A stretch of 64,000 nt of DNA, taken from assembly GCA_003344405.1 (NCBI GenBank), contig NOWV01000031.1:186001-250000 (forward strand). The letters run 5' to 3'. Below, in pieces: positions 28,501 through 41,976 of this stretch; the first letter of the stretch is position 1; each line of letters begins with the position of its first letter. The position numbers and the translations under genes were made by a program. This DNA comes from Trichoplax sp. H2. Lineage: Eukaryota. Below the pieces are notes generated by a model. It was not told where the DNA came from and did no database searches. It was given only the letters and a program-made list of their open reading frames with translations.

Positions 28501-31500
28501 CTGAGACAGAATCTTCCTCTACTGTCTCTGAGGATACACTATTAAATCTTCAAATAAAAAACGAAACTGATAGTAATATGGCAAAAGCGGATAAAATTCC
28601 GGCTATGATGCCAGAATTAAAAGCTTGCAATCATCAACCTAAACAAAATACTACAATGCCATACATATCTGAATTACATGAGTATGAGGATGATGAAGCA
28701 TGCAATACCGGTAATATGAAAATATACTATGTGAAGAAAAGTTGCCATAACTAGTTTTATCATCTTGTTTGTAATTTTATTATGCCTCTTTTATTTCTAT
28801 AGTTAATGTTTATTTTCTGTTTCTTAAGTACATTTAGTTCAGCAGAAGGAGTCGCTTGTTTCGAACTCATCAGCAGAAGTACTACTACAAGATATTGGTC
28901 AAATTGATGAAGCAAGAAATCGAGAATTACCGATACTGTCGGATGACAATGATGATTCGACAGTTTCAAGTAAGTTACTGAAAATGTTAATATTACCTTA
29001 GTATTTCATATTGGAAGAATTTTACTGAAATGATAAATTAATCAGCTATTCGTATGTTCTTTCTGGTGTAAAGATCTTTCATTTGAAGTCTGCTCTCAAC
29101 CAGGTAAATCTCCTTCCACCAGTAATAGAGATATTTTATTTTTAAGACTTTGATTTTCATTTTATGCAATTAGATCCAACGCCAGAAGGTAATCTTAGTC
29201 GAAGCCTATCGAGAGATAAAGGCATGCACGGTATATTGCAAGTAATTTTGATAAATATATGTCGATAATACGTTAAAGAGGAGTTTTATATCAAAAGTTT
29301 CAATTTTGGCATGCTGGACATTATAAATGATTAAAAATGTCGGATTAGCATAAATTTATTTTACCTTATATACTACAGATGATCGCATTAATGAAACGGT
29401 TAAGAAGGAAGATTCACTACGAAAAGAAATATGGAAAGAGACTACAAAAGCAGGTAAAAACGTTTTATACCTTAAGAATATTTTAGATTAGAACTTTGAA
29501 CGCAGTCTGACGATTCCTTTTTATTAGATGTAGGTGTTGCTGTCAAACTACATGATCACGACTACAGCAAAATAAACATATATCTATCAGGTAACAAAAC
29601 TAAACAAACTCGTCTCCATTTGGTGTCTTAAAACATAAATACTACGTAATTTCTAGTACGATGAAAAGCATTAATCGAGAGATTTCAGTAGTATAGGAAT
29701 ACTTGTGGTATCGCAAGTTGTGTTGATTCAAAATTTCTTATAATGTAATATACTAAACTAAGTTTTGAATAGATGCTAATTTTATTTTTCAGCCAATAAG
29801 GATGCTGACTTAGAAAGATTAGCTAAAATAAGAGGTTTGGATATGAATGATATCATCGCTGCATATAGTATGACAGAACTGGCTTTAGAGGGAAAAAATA
29901 AAGCCAACGACGAAGGTTAATCGAGGAAATGTATTAATAAATTGATTTAGGATTTCAGACATCTTCAACTGGAAAGGATTATAGAATTTTTAAATTTTAG
30001 CTTAATTCCTCAATTAAGTGCAAGATTTGATATTTAAATGATTTATTTTGCTATGTGTAAATAGTTAAAATCTTTCCTGAACGTTAATTGTATGATACCT
30101 AATGGCAGTGATTCAGTAATTAGAATGAAATCACGATCATTGGCACTTGAATGCCGGAAAAGATTGAAAATCTAATTGCTAGTAATCACTTGTGCTGGTA
30201 ATCAGTTGCGATTGCTAGCATTAACAGCGATTTCATTCCCAATTTCTTAAAGTAGACAGATATAGCTAAGCTTACATATGTTCGTAATTATATTTCTTGT
30301 GCTTACTTACATAGCAAGATCAAATGTGTGCGATAGTGATCATCTATCTGAAAACATGCAAAAGGCTGGCATTTGCATTAAAGATGATAAAGGTATCATA
30401 ACATCTTAAGAATAATACTTTTTAGCTTAATAGATGCTAGGCATGAAAAAAAAATTTGAAGAAACAAATCCTTTCAAAAGCTCCTCAGTTAAGTGATAAA
30501 TTGATTTTAAGGTAGCTAAATTATTTCATTATAAAATTTCAGCTGCGATTGTTCGGTATCAAAGCGATGATATTTCTGACGATTCTTTCAGAACGTCCGA
30601 TCTATATGCCCTTAAAAGTAAGTAATTTGATGATATTATCTGCAAAATAGCAAGACTTGATGAAAAATTACGCCATAAAATCCTGCAACTGCTTTTACGA
30701 AAATGATCATATTAAAATAAATAAATGAAGGTAGATATTTTTCATTTAAGCGATAATCTGTTCAATATCCAGCACATAACCGGCTTTATTTTTTATTTCT
30801 TGAAAACCAAAATATAATTCCTGAATAAGCTGAATAAATATTCAATATTATTAATAACTAAAATTGACTTGAGAACAAAATTCTGTATTGTATAAAAATG
30901 AAAGGCTAAATCTCAGCTTGGATTAACTAATTATGCTAATTTTGAATAGAAATTTGAAAAAAACATTCATCCAAATAATTTCGAATATTCTGTGCATACC
31001 GTAGTATATGTTATTCGGATTTTGAAAAATTTGACTTGCAATCTTAATATCTAGATCTTATTCTATTTTAAGATATATGCTCATCAGATTCTTATAATTT
31101 CGTACACATTCATTTTAAATACTTTTAAATTTCGGAACTTGCAGTCGCTTAATGAATGCACTTGATAACTAATCAGACAATTGGAGGTCATATTATGACC
31201 ATTTTAGTCTATCCTCGTTTCAGTTACTGTAAGCTAGTTTTGCACTAATTTTATTTCTTAATTAGTATAGGCAAGTAATTGGTTGATGTTGATATAACTT
31301 TCATTCTAATAATATCAGCTAATATCCTTCCTGATTGAAGGGATACTCATGATCTTGAAATCTACAGCACTTCAACAATTGCTTCATAAATTGTCAATGC
31401 TGTGACCTTATGCTTTTCATCCACAAAATTCTTGATTTGCCATGTTTACTAGTAGACAATGCTCAAGAATCCAAATTCGTTTCTTTTAAACCGTATCCAT

Positions 31501-34500
31501 CTTACAAAGCTACTGATACAAGTCCAAGTAAGCATACATGCAATAAGCAGGAAAGCATGATGCATTCGCGTAAAGGTATTATCATACGAGCCGCGTTAGG
31601 AAACATAAAAATGTTACAGAATATTATAACTAAGTATATATTTGATAGAAATCTAGGGGCTAACTATTAATAAATTCTATCATTATCACAAATATTTGGA
31701 ACAAATAGTGAAATTAAACCATCAACATGATACGATAAGTGCAAGCTGTTTGTTTAATCTTAAACACGAAGAAAGTCGGACGCCTTTACCTGCTAGTATG
31801 ATTGCTTGTATATATATATATAATTATGAAGAAAACTACTAATTGTAGAGATTTGAATAAACCATAGATCGAAATCATTCGCTATTTTATTATATCATTT
31901 AACGAGCTGCTAATTGCATTTATAAATGATAGATTACTTAAGTCAGGAAGAAGAATTGAAAGAAAATTTTTATCCACAAAGGAAATCGAAGGACCTAAAT
32001 CATAAGACAAACAGTAAAGATGTCAACGATTCTAAAGGCAAGAAGCAATTCGACTATCAAGTATTTTTAACCCGGTTTCTAATAATAATTTGCAAAAAAT
32101 ATGACGAGTGAGCTATAGTCAGATGGCTTCAATTTTGGATAGTGTAAAATTAATTATTTTACCGGCATACATCACTAGATTCTAACTTACTTTGAATTTA
32201 ACCTTTTAAGAGCTTTACTATGACAACGTAACGTGCCTATCACTGTTTTTATTAATGAAATTTAACTACTCGATGCAGTATTTACGTGTAATTAGAAGCA
32301 ACGATTGGGTTTGGAAGTTATGCGATGTTTTAAAAGTGATTTATACGAGATACTGCATCAAATGGAACTATACTTGAAGCTTAAATTCGTTCGGCATTGA
32401 AGATATTGCCTAATGAAACAAAGAAAAGTTTTAAACAATAACTTTATACCCTTATTGATTATAATACTCGTGATGTTAACCAAATTGTCCATGTAACTTC
32501 AAAATTGTTATTAAAGTTATTTACGGATTTGATAGATTATCCATATTTTTCGACGATTTCCTGTCAGAATGGAAGTCAAAGTGCAGTAAAAGTTTACGAT
32601 ACACAGCCTAAAGCGCTTGATTCCAAGAACTCCGAAAAGGAAAGTGCTAATACATCTTATGGCGGAGGTATAGCGAATGGGATAATCTCTAATTGATGGC
32701 AGCTATTATTTTCAATAAAATCAGCCGTGTGCAAGTGCTATAACGGGATTTCATTTGGCCAAATTGTATTATCTTTAATTAGTAATTATAAGACGTAGAA
32801 CTTGTTGATTTACTCTGCATAGTTAGCGTTAGTAATTGCACTGGATAAATTATTTAATATTAGGAAATTTAGTATTATTACAGTGCTTACTAGACAAGCT
32901 CGATATATTTAAGTCTTAACTGCCTTGAATCAAGCTAAATCTGGACAAATCTTGAATGACAGTTTATCTAGGATAAATATGGATGTTTGTTAATATTTTC
33001 GAATTACTACACTGCTATTATTATATGTAGTAAAAGAATACATTTAATTTATCTAAATATATACCTGGAATATTTAGGTACTCCTTCATTGCCATCATCA
33101 ATCCGAGCGGTTAAATCTGGAATACCAAAACCAGCAAGTTTGTTTTGTTCTGTGAAAAGATTCTATTCTACTAAATTTAAACATGTTTGTTTGCTTTTGA
33201 AACTTCACTCATTCAATGTTCACAAAATTTATCAAATATTTACCTAACAGATTTCAACAAAAATCATGAAGTACTCTCTAATAATAAAGGTAAAGTAATG
33301 AAGTAGCTACTGCTTCCAGTTGTCGATAAAATGAGTAGACAATGTTCATGTTACATAGGAAAATTTTATCTCAAACCTACTCAATGTTTCGTAGAAGATT
33401 TGATTTTAAAAATACTTAACATCACTATTAGATGTAGATATATATATGCTCTTTATTGCACATTATGAGTTATAATATTAGAGTGGTAAAAATAAGCAAA
33501 AGTGGATCAACATTCACTTTTAGTGTTTCGAAGTCACAAAATCTAAATCTACATGCTATTTATTTGATAAGCTGCGGCAGTAGAAGTGATAAAGGATTAC
33601 CGGCAGCAATTAGTTCCGGCATTTAATGAAAGCAACAAAGATCAAACCAAAACCCAACAGCCTCAAAGTAGTGTCATTATTAAAAAAATTTAGATGTGTT
33701 ACATCATTATTTTTAGAAAGTCAATACTGTTTTCACCTAACTTTTAACGATAGAAATCATAGTTCATCGTCCAAGGCCGATTTTGAAGCGCAGCAGAAGT
33801 GATCCTGTCGAAGATTCTGATGCAATGCTAATCAACGGTACTATTCCAGCGCTAAAGCGTGATAAACGCGATAACTGGTCTGAAGATAATAGTAAACTTC
33901 TAAGTAAGCTGCACGTTTAATCATTTATCAGGGGATTAAATAATTTCGACCAAAACATTTGTTTACTTATGCTTGTAATTATTAGCGGGCGATGCTGCAA
34001 TAGTAAGCGAAAATAACCGGATCAAGTCTAAGTCAAGAGGTAAAGAATTTTGTAATCTGGCATGACAGATTCTACTGTAGTTCTACAGATTGTCGTCAGA
34101 TAAAACCATTATTAGTGATGAATAAGTTTTTACAGATTTAGTACGAGCAACTAAAAAGCTATATTAGAAAAGTTCTTGGCAGATACATTGTGCTTATTGA
34201 ATAATAGAAGTTTAACATTTGCTAATGCGGTGCTGATAAAAAGATTTACGTAGGCTTAAATTAAGGAACTTAAACTAGTTGCTAGATTATTACACTGTTA
34301 CTATCAATCGTTTGAGAACATCCTTTTATTCATAGAAATTAATAATTTGCTTTACGGTTAAAACATACCAAGGTAATGAAAATCTGTTGCTTACGGCCTA
34401 AATTGTCTATGTTACAGATGTTAAAGTTGAAAAAGTCTGGTCACTAGCTGAAAAAAATTCTGTTTCCAATTACCAGGAGTTCTTGAAAACTGAAGGAAAC

Positions 34501-37500
34501 GATATTGGAAAATTTTCAGGTCGAGGTCAATATTTTACTGAAATAACGATTTCAACACCTTTCTGTCACTGCTTTATATGGCATTGCAATAAAATTAAAA
34601 TAGTTGATGTTTGGATTTTATAGGAGATACAACAACGTGGAGTAAGCTTGGTCGATTGGACAATACATTAAGAATGAGATTGATTCAACTGAGTGTATTC
34701 AAGTCTTCAGCTAATATTCCAGTCAGTTTGATTAGTATCCTGTGGCAAGAACATCCTTCGGTTGTGAGAAATGAAATTATGATAATGGAGAGGTATCATT
34801 TCGTTAAATACTACTGGGAAGATGGGAGGTGAGAAAGCGATGGCCAACAAATCTAGACGAAATTGCTTTGTATCTTCCATATTGTAAATGTAGAGTTACG
34901 ATCAGAAAATACTAAGTTGGATTGTATCTGCTTACAGTATTATTAAAGCATTAGAAAACTGCCACTTTTAAATGAGAGGAATGTTCTAAATGCACTTACT
35001 GCCTTTTAAATGGCAGAAAATATTCTAAATGTACTTACTGCATTGCCAAATGTACGCTTTATTTTATTTTAAACGATACTTCATGTTAAAATAATGGTAT
35101 ATAACAATTAACTTACTACAGAAAAAGTAATCGTGATTGATTCAAAGTTGACCGTTTGCTTTTTAGTATCTGATAGCAATCATAATTTAATGTATAGAAT
35201 AGATCTGTAATTCTACTTTGATAAACTATTGATATGACTTTATATAGAGAATTTTGCAAAATTGATGCGGCTATAGTCGATGATCTTCGAGAGCTCCATC
35301 CGAACCCTAGCTACTCAAATGAACTTTTAATTAATCGTTGTCAATTACGATTTGGTCGAGACTTGCGCATCATGGAAGACGATGGATATATGTACCAGCA
35401 TATTATTGAACATGCTCTTACAGCGAAGAAATCGTCTATCGCTATTCATTTATTGAATGATATTAAATGGATTTCTGCCAAGATTAAAGCTTGTGGAAAT
35501 ATTATGACATTACTAAAGGACTATGCAAAGTGTGAAGAACAACTAGATTATATGGTAATTCTAAAATCTTTTACAAATATGTGACAGCACTAGTTGCTTT
35601 TCGAGTAGAAGAAACTGTAATCGCATTCATTGCAGTATCTAAACGAACGCTTGCTCATTATTATGCAACAGAAATCCATTGCTAATAGAGGCCAAATATT
35701 TACTTAAAATTTATAAAATTCAAGTAGTGATTTTAAAATTTCTGAATTTAAATATCGGTATGAAACTTAATATCTAAGCAGCACATAACTCTTTCTTTGT
35801 TACATAAATCCATTACTTCTTCGTAGTTTATTTGATTTAATTAAGACATAAATTTTAATCAGTCGTCTCATCTAACAGAATTAATAACAGCACCTTAATG
35901 CTTGTCAGTACACTATTGCACGGAGCGCAGACTAACTAATGAACTTTAAACCAACAAGCAAGTTTGATTATACTAATAGTTAATTATGGAGTATAAAAGT
36001 AAATAGTTAGTTCCTCCCGGCACCTAATGATTCTGATAGTACACTTATTCTATAATTTAAAATACTTCTATTTATTTCAGCAATGGCTAGAATTGCGTGA
36101 TTTATGCCTTTTCTTCCGTCGACATGGTGCGTTTGTAAATGCTGCAAGTACGAACTTGATTCAATTCGTGCTTAATCATACCAGCGATGGTGCAACTCAT
36201 AAAAGGGCAATAAAGGCTGCTTTAGAGTGTAAACGTGAAAATCATACATTATATTATTACCAATTAATGTAAGCTAATGTAGTGATGGATCTATCTAGAA
36301 TTATTATCATAAAATTCACAGTTGAAATAGAATAATGCTTATACGATGGAAGTTATAACCTAATCTTTCATGTTAACATGATTCATTTTAAAGAGGGCGT
36401 GATTTTGAAAGGATCAATCCTGTTTGGCTGCAGTGCTTAGCACTACCAACTACACTTCAGGGCATGTCTATACATTTAAGATGCTCTAATCCTACACACA
36501 CCAAATTTAGAGTTGCTCTAAGTGATGAAAGACAAACGAGAGTAAGTTTAATATTTTGATTTTTAATGATAATATGAATCACTTGTGAATGGTGCCGACG
36601 TTTATTCCAATTTTAATAATCCTAAAAAATCTTCCATTAGGTTGTAGATTTTAATACGTTTCTTGAAAAATTTAAAACTGACTTAACTTGCCCCAGTAAA
36701 ATATCTCCAAATGGTCAAATTGTTGCCTTTGTAAGTGTAATCATTTTAGCTGTTCCGCTTATTTATGCATAAATATGTTAAGAGCAGCAAGTAAACCTCA
36801 TAATTTTATATCCATTCATGTTTGCAAACTTTATTACATTTAATGTAATTGCAGCTCAGCTATGTTGTTTTAAAGATTTCTTTTATATATGTAAGTTTGC
36901 TCGTGAAATATACGTCAAGATCTCATTTGCGTATCAGCAAAGCAAAACTTCAAAAATTGATTGACAAGATCTTACCTGAAACACATAGCTACATCTACAA
37001 ACATTTAATTGCATATAACGGAAAATAGAATTGGCGATGAAGTACCTTATATTCCATGATTAGTATTTTAATAATTGCTTTTTTAAACATAGATGGATTC
37101 TACTTTTTCCTGGCAAGCTTGGCATATCGACAGAAAGCGCAATATACCATTTGTAATTAATGGGAAAGGAACAAACTCTTTGCATTGTTCCGAACTAGAA
37201 TTTTCACCTGCACAGCAAATTTCTCTGGTGTGCTGGATGAACCTGCATGTGGAAGTTAGTATTGAACGTCATCATAATTGATTCTAAGCGATATCTATAT
37301 CGCCAAATGGGTAGAAAACTGTAGCTTTGCTAATATCAGAATAGAGACTAATATTGCCATTCCGTATTGCTGTATCCGTTATATTATTAACTTACAACTT
37401 ATTATCCCAGTTTGTATCGATGGAGATCATTTCATCTAGATATCGTTAGCATAAATGCAAAATAATTATTACTAACATTCGTTCCTTGCACTCTTCTTTT

Positions 37501-40500
37501 TTATACAAGGTATGGTGTCTAAATGGTGATAAATTTCATTTGCGACAGAAATGGAATCCACACGCTCACGATATACAATTTTGCCAGTTTCATGAAAATG
37601 GGACTAAATTAATTACTTATAGCATCATTGGTCAGTCTTATAAGCCTATTAATAATCCTCGTTACATTTGTCCCACAGTTTCTAAAGCGGGATGGCAAAT
37701 AGAACTTAAAGTATGGAAAATTTTATAGTTGTTGCTGATTAGCATTAATATCTTTATAAAGTGTGCCATATAAGCTTCTATTAATTTGAGAAAGGCCAAA
37801 GCCATTTATTTTATTTGTTAATATTGAAATTAAAATTAAATGAAAAATTAATTCAACCAGACAATCGAAAAATTAAAATGACATTTATAACGTATATGAA
37901 TGAAGTGGTTGGCAGTGCTCATTTTACATGTTACACATATTATATAATTTACCGCTAGCGCTTTCATAAGATATTTCTTTTCAGTTTCTATACTCTTATT
38001 TTAGAAGTTTCCTTGCTTTAATGTGCTTAATTTGCCAAATATTAATTACCGTGCAATTGCAATAGGCTTGGCAGTTAGAATCATTCAAGCAAATTGATTG
38101 CTTGGAATTTCATTTTGCACGACGCAAATCTCGTGATCAAGGATGGCCTACTATTACTTTTCAGCTTCAATGTGTTAAGTACATTACAAAGCAATTAGCT
38201 GTTGTTGATATCGGTAAATCTGTTGATCAACATTGCTATCATTGTATAAGCTTGCTTAAGCATTCTTATAAGCAAGCGATTTCATTAAAGAAGAAACTAT
38301 CTACCAATTACCAATCCAAGCTACTAGATGAATTAGTAAACTTGCATGTTTCTGACGATACTCTTTTCCTCCTTGGTGTACGATATCGGGAAATTCTAGT
38401 GAGTTTTTTTTAATTTATGTGACATTAAAAAATACTAGAAAGTTGTTTAATTAGTCTATTTGAATGTAGTAAATCGAATTTAATAGGAATCTACTCAATA
38501 ATTATAATCTATAATAGAAACCTAAGTAGGTTAAATTTTAAGATATCTTAATTCCATTACTATAGTACTACAACTTCAATCTACATTTTGAATATTTTTT
38601 ACCTGTTAAATTTGCCACATTTCTTTTACAGCTTTATACCCGCCATGATAACACTATTTCTAGGTACCGTCAATTAAAACTCGATGTCGATCCCATAAAA
38701 AATAGTGTCCAATTCGTGACTGGAGGAAACGAATTTGTTTATGCGGACGCCAATAAAAGAATTTATCTTATTGCCGCCGAAGAAACACCTTCGTCCTATC
38801 CATGTAGTCCGATCAACAGCCAAATCAAGCGGTCACATGGTAGTACTTTACAGTCTGAAAGTTGTGCATTTATAAATAGTTCTGTCACTTTCTGTAGCAT
38901 TATTAAGAACAAAGAACAAACAATCCTACAGGTGAGATGATAATTCTGAGATAGTGGTAAGGAGTCATGATGATTTAACAAAATCTTTCTTGCCTTCTCG
39001 GAATAGATCTATAAAGGAGAGCCATTGCAACTAAGTTGTCAAGCAGAAATTACAGCTCAGCAAAACTTACATAAAAATCTACATTGTTACTTATTTGACG
39101 AGTGGTTTTATATTATCGTTTCTTACGAACTCCGATGTGAAAGTAAATCATGCTCTGCAAGTATAGACACAGTTCATGCACATTTTTATATCATTGTAAG
39201 TTACATAAAATGCCGTAATTCTTGCTACCAGCTGTTGATAGTTAACGTTTAAAACATAGATAATCAAATTACCCATTGTTGGCTATGTAATTATAGATTC
39301 TTATACCTAAATAGCAGCAGTTCTTAACTAAACTTTATTTGCTATGATATAAGTATACCATCAACGCTCATCCACTCCTATTTCAGGCTAAACACTTAGA
39401 TAACATTAAAGATAATGTATGGACGGCCAGAAATCGCCTTCCTGTTAAAGAATTACCAACTTTAGGGAGATGTAAATATCGGATAAGTGATAACAAGCTG
39501 ATAGTTCTTCGATCGACCCATACTACGGTAAATTAAAGCTCTACATTAGTAATTGGTCTAGCACCATTAGTTTCAATAAATGCTACTATACGAGTGTTAT
39601 TACCGATAGGTGCATTCTGCCAATTGTAGTAATAATTTCTTTCGCTGAATAATTATAATCAATCACGACAAGCTCGAAATTGTTGCAAAGCAATATAATG
39701 TATGTAATTTCATATTCTAATTAGGAAAAACAACTAAACTTCTACTAGCTAGTTTGTCGATATTTGAATGCTAATAATCTAGAATTAAAAGATTAAGTTT
39801 ACAAAATTGAAAATTCTATAAATAATATAAGTGTATTCCTAACCTGAAACGTGTAAAATATTGAACTATCTTTTCAAATTATAGTACATGTTTGTATGGC
39901 TGATCGACTGCTGTAAAGGAGAGACAATAGCAACTTATTTACTAAATAATTTTACTGCGTCAAGAATTATTTATTTTACTAATCAGTATATTGTTGCATA
40001 TGCAAACTTGAACACTACGTTTACGGTAAGCCATATGGTCTATCGACTGGCCAATTTTTAAGCTTCAATAAACGACTCTAACATATAGTTTCATTCGGAA
40101 TTAATTACGCAGGTGTGGAAAATAGATGACAAATCTATCCAGTTGTTAGATAAACTTCATAAATATCCTTGCCATGAAAGCAAATTATCATACGGCAAAT
40201 TAAATATAAAGGGTTTGGAATCTTCCTTAGATTGTGTACGATTATCTGAGCGCGCGCATACCGAACATTTTGGAAATTGGCACCTAGATATAAGGAGAAA
40301 TGTTAGGTTTCAACATTTATTTGAAAATTTTAAGCCTACAGCTTAAAAATTTCTTAATCTAAAATCTATGTTTTGCATAAATTATGTAGGAATTTGATAA
40401 TACAATAGAAATTTGCCGAGTACAAAATTGCAATCGGCAATTAATTCAAGTAGTTAATCAGAAGAATGGCCATTTTTTATTCTTCATAAGAAATGGATAC

Positions 40501-41166
40501 GAATTTTCGGTAAGTTACATTTGCGTAGGATTTAACTCAACTCTTTACGCTTATATACGTATTTTAGTTTAGGAAAGTAGCTATTTTTCTTGTTACAACT
40601 GATACATATTTTAAATACAACCGAAAAAATCTAGAGTTACTTGGTAATTTATTTGTAATAGACTTTTATTTTAGCAGTCGCTAGTAATCTTACATTGTAA
40701 CAATGCAATTTTATTACGTTGAATAATTGAGTTATCATGTAAATCAGCTGAAATTATGCTATGTAAGGACTTTTGCTAATTTCTAGCATCGAAATATTAG
40801 TAAAATTGACGCAATTATCTTCACTAGATGTTTGATATGGGTCCTAGTCTGGCTTTAAAAATATTCTATGGCCAATTCTGCTATCCTACTGTACCTATAT
40901 CGGAGTCGAGTATCGCATGGTGCAATAACGAAAGGTACCTAGCCGTTTATAATTACCATGGTTTGCAACTCTATGATATACATCAGGAGACCTGGTGTTA
41001 TGCCATTGAAACGGATTACGTTAAAAAATATGCCAGAAATAGTAAAGACACTCCAAACTCTGATTATATTTACCTCAAGTTGAGCGATAGAAACATTCTA
41101 ATGTGTAGTCAATCGAGAAATTGCTACTTTATTAAGCTCATTTATTTTCATCAACGCAGATTTTGA
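13158..41166 (+). CDS. Giant multi-exon Apaf-1-like protein: CARD-like domain, long low-complexity linker, WHD, HD2, WD40 (estimated ~3,400 aa, ~75 exons)
   Basis: A phase-compatible chain of GT-AG exons was traced by eye from the ATG at 13158 to the TGA at 41164-41166. The N- and C-terminal parts resemble Apaf-1. No terminal exon or new start was seen between them. Confidence 0.7.
16234..34519 (+). CDS. Array of ~55-60 short, almost all phase 1-1 exons encoding an S/N/K/E/D-rich linker
   Basis: Examples: 16234-16329, 16503-16613, 17313-17432, 17505-17624, 18641-18730, 19060-19182, 26562-26711, 29793-29915. Each has an AG acceptor, an open frame, a length divisible by 3 and a phase-1 GT donor. 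Confidence 0.8.
23649..23770. repeat. Intronic minisatellite, ~46-bp period, ~3 copies
   Basis: gatcttcagattaggaaataag / ggtcttcagattagcaaataag / gatctttgaataagtaaaaag at 23649, 23695 and 23741. Confidence 0.7.
27523..28710 (+). CDS. Single large internal exon (~396 codons), acidic and Ser/Thr-rich, phase 1-1
   Basis: Matches the 408-aa ORF at 27528-28754. Acceptor gcAG at 27521-27522, donor ACCG|GTAATA. Confidence 0.8.
34624..36268 (+). CDS. Apaf-1-type winged-helix and helical domain 2 exons (34624-34828, 35248-35554, 36081-36268)
   Basis: LIQLSVFKSSANIPVSLISILWQE, DDGYMYQHIIEHA, LLNDIKWISAKIKACG..LLKDY and FFRRHGAFV..NLIQFVL match Apaf-1 LSILQKDVKVPTKVLCILWD, YWYNFLAYH, SLDWIKAKTELVG..LIHEF and FLSLNGHLL..NIVQLGL. 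Confidence 0.85.
34958..35041. repeat. Intronic tandem duplication, ~40-bp unit
   Basis: ttttaaatg....aat(g/a)ttctaaatg(c/t)acttactgc occurs twice. Confidence 0.7.
36394..41166 (+). CDS. Degenerate WD40/beta-propeller exons, mostly separated by phase-0 introns, ending at TGA 41166
   Basis: Motifs ISPNGQIVAF, LEFSPAQQISLV, HAHDIQFCQFHENGTKLITYS, VWKID and IAWCNNERYLAVYNYHGLQLYDI. Twelve phase-compatible exons. Confidence 0.75.
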
Positions 41167-41303
41167 GCTCATGCTTAGGTAATTAATGTTGAACATATTA
41201 TTCAGTCCGTTTCCTATACATTTGAGAAGGTAGTATCATTCGGGAACAGTTTGCTTATTATTTTTAACTTGATAATCTTCTAAACCAGTTGCATGGGCTG
41301 CAA

Positions 41304-41309
41304 AATAAA
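41304..41309 (+). promoter_or_regulatory. Candidate polyadenylation signal of the Apaf-1-like gene
   Basis: First AATAAA about 140 nt after the stop; the AT-rich context weakens specificity. Confidence 0.4.
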
Positions 41310-41976
41310 TGTATCAGATATAAATGCCTAACTGTCAATATTTATAGCTGGTAACTGTTTATATTTGATAATGTTTAAAACTAATGTAAATAATCAATAC
41401 TGATTAATACTATGGAATTACTCATTTATCTAATTTTAGCAGTAAGTACAAAAATAGCTCCGTAATTTTGAATTAAAATAGATTTCCGAAAATGTGATGA
41501 ACGAATATACTTGTGTGTTATCGAAATATGTATATCATATTATTGTCTCAAAATAACTTTAAATTTCATGTAACAATTTTCCTTTGCTGCGATTAAAATA
41601 TTTCTCGTGTTATTTATTACTCTAATATTACAGGTTTAGAATTATTCAAATCCGTAAAATATAGTATCTAGCCCTTTACATTTAAAATATGATAATATGA
41701 ACAATATTATAATTATTAAACTTTAAATCGCTCAAAATTTCGACTATACTAACTAGGACGTAAATAAACGTAGGTTTATATTTCTTTCGGAAATCCTCTT
41801 TGTTCATTTTTACACTGTTTGATCTCTGATTCGTAAGTTCATTTTTTATCTTTGACAGTCTGACATTTCAAGGCTGCAATAATAATAAATAACACAAGCT
41901 ATTTTCGGCTAACTTGTAGTTTAATGAACACCAAATTATATTTCGAACTCTATAATGCAGACAGCTAGTTAGAAGT

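Noticed and set aside
27528..28754. 408-aa ORF as an independent gene
   Set aside because: It is bounded by phase-1 splice sites matching the neighbouring exons, so it is better read as an internal exon.
32038..32045. Second GC donor AAG|GCAAGA
   Set aside because: A canonical phase-0 GT donor at 32061 pairs with the phase-0 acceptor before 32568, so a GC donor is not needed.
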